From: Edwardsiella piscicida
GTDB lineage: Bacteria; Pseudomonadota; Gammaproteobacteria; Enterobacterales; Enterobacteriaceae
DNA length: 24,000 nucleotides
Direction: 5' to 3'
NCBI RefSeq assembly: GCF_001896205.1
Contig: NZ_MPNU01000001.1
Span: 1,945,503 to 1,969,502 of the forward strand
This document shows positions 20,416 to 24,000 of the stretch, piece after piece. The translations under genes and the position numbers were made by a program. The notes beneath the pieces were generated by a model. The model had not been told where the DNA came from and searched no databases. It was given only the letters and a program-made list of their open reading frames with translations. Each line of letters begins with the position of its first letter. The stretch's first letter is position 1.

Positions 20416-20663
20416 AATTGTTTCTCCTATTGGCCCTATTGTTAAATTTAGCCGTATTGCCGGCGAATGGGTAACAAAAAATAACTGTTTAATGTATGGA
20501 AAATAGTCATAACGGTTAGGCCCTGCGCAGACGGATACGCAGCGGGAATTATTGCCGCAGCCTAAATGCGCCATGGCAATATATGGCGTATGCTGAAGCT
20601 GATCGTTGCGACGTAACGCGTCATGACTGACGTCATTTCCCCTCAGGCTCGAGGAGTTGAACA

Positions 20664-22151
20664 ATGAAGGTCTCTTCTGTATCTGCTGCTTCCCCATCGA
20701 CCATGCCGATAAGCCAAGATTCATGTACCACTATTCTGATTGGCGCGGCGGCGACCCGCGATGGTTCGCGTATTATTGCCCGCACCGAGGACCACGATCC
20801 GCTGCTGTCGAAGGTACTGCTCAAGCATCCGCCGAAGGCGGATCAGCGTGGGCTGTTTCATGCCAATGAAAATGCCTTTAGCTGGCCGCTACCCCAAACG
20901 GCGCAGGGCTATAGCGCATTCGCTAACGGTAAAGTCGGAAAAACGGCGGCGCAGATGACCTGGGGCGCCGCCGGATTTAATCAGCGCGGCGTCGGAATGA
21001 GCGCCACCGAGACGATTTTTGCCAGTGAGCAAGCCCTGTTACACGATCCTTATCTGAGCGAGAGTGGGATCACCGAGGACAGCATTGTCGATATTGTTTT
21101 GCCCTATATCGACTCCGCGCGGGACGGGGTATCGCGCCTGGGCAAAATGATTGAAGAGCAGGGCGCCGGTGAGGGGTTTGGCGTTGCCTTTATCGATTCG
21201 GATGAGATTTGGTATCTGGAGACCGGCAGTGCGCACCAGTGGCTGGCCGCTAAACTGCCGCCGCACGGCTATTTTGTTACCGGCAATCAGGGACGCCTGC
21301 GCGACTATGATCCCGACGACCACGACGGCTATATGGCGTCGGCCTCGCTGATCGACTTTGCCCTTCAGCATGGACTGTATGATCCCCAGCGCGAGGGGGC
21401 CTTCAATTTTGAGCGGGCCTATACGCGCCATGACGATCGCCTCGACGGTTATTATAACTATCCGCGGGTGTATGCCTTGCAGCAGCTGTATCGCCCCGAT
21501 CCGGACAGAACGCTGCAGCAGCCGCAGCAGTTTGCGGTATTCGAAGCGCCCAGCGCTGCGCTGGATGTGGAATCGGTTAAGCGAGGGCTACGCAACACAT
21601 ACGATAATCTGGGGAGGCAGCCCTATGCGGATACGCCGGACTATACCTGGCGGCCGATATCACTGTTCCGCACCCAGCAGTCCCATATCCTACAGTCGCG
21701 CAGCGGTTTGCCGCGTGCGCTGAGCGATGTGATATACCTATCCTACGGTATGCCCAGCATTTCGCTCTATATTCCGTTTTATCCCAACGCTCAGGGCGAT
21801 GTGCCAGCCGCCTATTGCGAGGTTACCGCCGGGGAGGCCGATACGTTCTCGGCGCAGTGGCAGTTTCGCAAGCTGCAGACGCTGGTTATGGTCAACTACT
21901 ATCGCTATGCACCGAGCGTTCAGCAGGCATATCAACAATTAGAGTTGCGCTTTAGCGAGCTGCAGCAGGCGATGGAGTCTGAATATATTAATATTTATCA
22001 AGATGATATGGATGAGGCCGACCGCCTGCTTCAGCGCTTTGGCGAGCAGGTATTTGCGGAGGCGTTAGAGACGACGCAGAGGCTAACCAACCAGCTGTTT
22101 ACTCAGCTGGCGCAGGATGTTAACGCGAAATACCTGTTTGCCGGCGCCTAG
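20664..22151 (+). CDS. Peptidase family C69 dipeptidase (Ntn-hydrolase, catalytic Cys)
   Basis: SCTTILIGAAATRDGSRIIARTED, WGAAGFNQRGVGMSATETIF, GVAFIDSDEIWYLETGSAHQW and RPISLFRTQQSHILQ align with the remembered Lactobacillus PepDA (C69). The start ATG 20664 has GAGGAG 7 nt upstream. That leaves 20 residues before the catalytic Cys. Confidence 0.88.
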   Translation: MKVSSVSAASPSTMPISQDSCTTILIGAAATRDGSRIIARTEDHDPLLSKVLLKHPPKADQRGLFHANENAFSWPLPQTAQGYSAFANGKVGKTAAQMTWGAAGFNQRGVGMSATETIFASEQALLHDPYLSESGITEDSIVDIVLPYIDSARDGVSRLGKMIEEQGAGEGFGVAFIDSDEIWYLETGSAHQWLAAKLPPHGYFVTGNQGRLRDYDPDDHDGYMASASLIDFALQHGLYDPQREGAFNFERAYTRHDDRLDGYYNYPRVYALQQLYRPDPDRTLQQPQQFAVFEAPSAALDVESVKRGLRNTYDNLGRQPYADTPDYTWRPISLFRTQQSHILQSRSGLPRALSDVIYLSYGMPSISLYIPFYPNAQGDVPAAYCEVTAGEADTFSAQWQFRKLQTLVMVNYYRYAPSVQQAYQQLELRFSELQQAMESEYINIYQDDMDEADRLLQRFGEQVFAEALETTQRLTNQLFTQLAQDVNAKYLFAGA

Positions 22152-22171
22152 CGAGGCGCTATTTCGCCCGT

Positions 22172-22267
22172 GCGCCGCCTTGAAAAGTAGGGCGCCGGCG
22201 GCGCGAGGTGCGCCATATCGTGACGTTGTCACGGATTATCAGCGTGCGGCGCCGGCGATGGCGCCGC
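22172..22267. repeat. Pair of GC-rich 8-bp-stem hairpins built on GCGCC/GGCGC units (REP-like or terminators) between convergent genes
   Basis: Hairpin 1 is gcgccgcc (22172-79) with ggcggcgc (22197-204). Hairpin 2 is gcggcgcc (22246-53) with ggcgccgc (22260-67). A third small hairpin, cgtgac-gtt-gtcacg, lies between them. Confidence 0.45.
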
Positions 22268-22318
22268 TCTCAGGGCAGATCCCCGACCGCTGCAGCGGGT
22301 GATAGAGGCGGTTCGGGG

Positions 22319-23248
22319 TTAACCGCGAGGGGTTGCGCAAACGACGGGGTCGACGTGCGTCATCAGACACAGCACCGGATGTTCTGCCATCACTCTGCGC
22401 TCCGCCTCGCTGGCGATATGATGTCCCGCGGTGACGCTAAGCCGGCCGTCAATTTCCAGATGGACATCGGCCAGGATCAGATCGCCGCTTTTGCGGGTTT
22501 TTAGCGCATGCAGTCCGATGACCCCGGGCGTAGATAAAATAGCCCGTCGGATGGCATCATTCTGCTCAGCGTCGGCGGCCCGATCGGTTAAATCATGCAG
22601 CGCATCCGCGCTAAAGCGCCATCCCATACGGCTCACGATTGCCCCGACGATCAGCGCTGCGATGGGATCGAGCCACCCAAACCCCAGCAGATTTCCAGCG
22701 ATCCCGATGGCGACAACCAACGATGAGGCAGCGTCCGATCGGGCATGCCAGGCGTTGGCGACCAGCATTCCAGAGCCAACCCGATGGGCGACGGCGAGCA
22801 TGTAGCGAAAGAGTATCTCTTTCGCCAGCAGTGCAGCTATCGCCACGCCGAGTGCGGTGTAATGCACGGTAGGAATGGCCGCCGGATCGCTGAGCTTATT
22901 GATGGCCGAAACGATCATCCCAATACCGACGGCCAACAGGAGTCCTCCCAAGATCAAAGAGGCCGCATTCTCGTAGCGCCGATGCCCATAGTGATGACGA
23001 ACATCCGGGGCCCGCGGACTGCGCTGAACGGCGCAGAGGACGACAAAGTCTGCCGCCACGTCGGATAACGAATGCATACCGTCGGCGATCAGCCCCTGAG
23101 AGCCGGAAAAAACGCCGGCGACGATCTGAAACACCGTCAGTACACTATTGACGACCACGCTGATCCAGGTGCTGCGTTTACTGGCCACCTCACGGCTGTG
23201 ATCCGCGTCGGGGCCGCGGCAAAACGGCATGTGCTGCTGTTGATTCAT
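22319..23248 (-). CDS. Cation diffusion facilitator (CDF) family divalent-metal exporter, HD-HD site-A type
   Basis: Six TM segments. TM2 carries HSLSD and TM5 carries HARSD (H-x3-D plus H-x3-D, as in ZitB/CzcD-type Zn transporters). A C-terminal cytoplasmic domain is present. The preferred start is ATG 23248 (MNQQQHM). The track ATG at 23326 would overlap the upstream arsR-type gene by 26 nt and is not excluded. Confidence 0.85.
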   Translation of the reverse strand: MNQQQHMPFCRGPDADHSREVASKRSTWISVVVNSVLTVFQIVAGVFSGSQGLIADGMHSLSDVAADFVVLCAVQRSPRAPDVRHHYGHRRYENAASLILGGLLLAVGIGMIVSAINKLSDPAAIPTVHYTALGVAIAALLAKEILFRYMLAVAHRVGSGMLVANAWHARSDAASSLVVAIGIAGNLLGFGWLDPIAALIVGAIVSRMGWRFSADALHDLTDRAADAEQNDAIRRAILSTPGVIGLHALKTRKSGDLILADVHLEIDGRLSVTAGHHIASEAERRVMAEHPVLCLMTHVDPVVCATPRG

Positions 23249-23300
23249 GGCAGAAGATCCTGCATTGGCGCAACGATAAAAGGGGCGAGGCTGCGCAGCC

Positions 23301-23612
23301 TCAGTCGAGATCCAGGTGCGGCTCATCCAGATGTTCCAGCATGCTGGCCACCATCCGGGAAATATGCGAGTCCGACACGAAGTAGAATACCTGTTTACCC
23401 TGACGATCGGCCGTCACTATTCGAGCGGCGCGGAGGAGGCGCAGATGATGGCTGACCAGCGATGGGCTAATATCCAGCGAAGCGGCAATATCGCCGACGG
23501 CGATGGGATGCGCTCGACAGCACAGCGTAATGCGTAGTCGAGTTGTATCACCTAAGAGACGAAAAATATCGGCCAGTTCAGAGACGGTGCTTTCAGCGAC
23601 GGTTAACATCAT
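23301..23612 (-). CDS. ArsR/SmtB-family metalloregulatory repressor (alpha5-site, CzrA/SmtB-like)
   Basis: wHTH: ADIFRLLGDTTRLRI...VGDIAASLDISPSLVSHHLRLLRAARIV...RQGKQVFY. The C-terminal DSHISRMVASMLEHLDE fits D-x-H-x10-H-x2-E exactly. The track start at 23624 is TTG. The first ATG is at 23612. Confidence 0.85.
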   Translation of the reverse strand: MMLTVAESTVSELADIFRLLGDTTRLRITLCCRAHPIAVGDIAASLDISPSLVSHHLRLLRAARIVTADRQGKQVFYFVSDSHISRMVASMLEHLDEPHLDLD

Positions 23613-23625
23613 AAATACCAACAAT

Positions 23626-23643
23626 TGAATATGTGTTCATATG
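23626..23643. promoter_or_regulatory. Candidate ArsR/SmtB operator (nested palindromes)
   Basis: TGAATATGTGTTCATATG contains ATATG-N4-CATAT and TGAA-N6-TTCA. It lies 14-31 nt upstream of the repressor ATG. TGAACA/TGTTCA-type half-sites are typical of SmtB/CzrA operators. Confidence 0.4.
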
Positions 23644-23767
23644 TTATTTCGTGGCGATAGCATTGTCAATACGGCGAATAATCAGGCGCGACGTTAGGAT
23701 GCGTTAGGCGAAATCAGCAGGGTAGTTATCCTATTTCCATTCCAGATTTCACGTAGCGACGCCATTT

Positions 23768-24000
23768 TTAACGCGGCGACATGGCGAATTTGACGTCAAT
23801 TTGATCGCGTAGCGAGCGTATCGCCAGCGCTATGGCGAATAACGTCGATAAAATCATCTGACGTACCGTATTACGCCACACCGCGTGGGTCAATTGATGC
23901 CAAGGTATGAATCTCGGGTCAGTTTGGGTCATCATAATCACGTCCGCGACGCCCATCAAGCCTTGCTCCGTTGCCGATGAGCGCGAGCGTATAGGTGAAG
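23768..24000 (-). CDS. 3' end of an unidentified gene running off the window (hypothetical, one predicted TM)
   Basis: The reading frame is open from the window edge to the stop at 23768. I translated 23960-23998 and found no stop. The tail ...VWRNTVRQMILSTLFAIALAIRSLRDQ is hydrophobic. I do not recognise a family. Confidence 0.3.
   Translation of the reverse strand, partial: SPIRSRSSATEQGLMGVADVIMMTQTDPRFIPWHQLTHAVWRNTVRQMILSTLFAIALAIRSLRDQIDVKFAMSPR

Noticed and set aside
19990-20724. The 244-aa version of the usp ORF, extending upstream across the intergenic region and overlapping the C69 gene start.
   Set aside because: The N-terminal 103 residues have no Usp similarity and run through an AT-rich promoter region. 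The internal ATG at 20415 has a strong AGGAGA SD and gives a canonical 141-aa Usp.

Overview
This is a chromosomal window from a member of the Enterobacterales with G+C in the high 50s % (judged by eye). Orthologs of E. coli ynfM, ynfL, mlc, ynfK, ynfB and ydfG are recognisable but clearly diverged, so it is not E. coli or Salmonella. I support about 20 protein genes. I saw no rRNA, tRNA, CRISPR array, IS element or integrase.

The conserved ynf/ydf backbone is interrupted by accessory modules:
- A tri-haem YhjA-type peroxidase with FNR-like and OxyR-like sites upstream.
- A bgl/arb-type aryl-beta-glucoside operon: sigma70 promoter, RAT-terminator 1, antiterminator gene, RAT-terminator 2, EIIBC without a IIA domain, GH1 phospho-beta-glucosidase and a LamB/ScrY-type porin. 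The antiterminator is cut by an in-frame TAA-TGA, and a decayed PRD2 tail is still in frame.
- A DHA2 MFS pump.
- An AT-rich islet carrying an orphan Wzz chain-length regulator.
- A 984-aa dCache-HAMP-GAF-HD-GYP protein with an insertion of about 160 aa inside the catalytic domain, preceded by a usp gene.
- A C69 (Ntn) dipeptidase.
- A SmtB/CzrA-type ArsR repressor with a complete alpha5 metal motif, next to an HD-HD type CDF exporter.

I did not find a convincing new multi-gene system such as a defence island. The most unusual items are the broken antiterminator with intact riboregulators, the insertion-bearing HD-GYP sensor, and the AT-rich wzz islet. All homology statements come from reading the translations against remembered family sequences and motifs. 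No searches were run.
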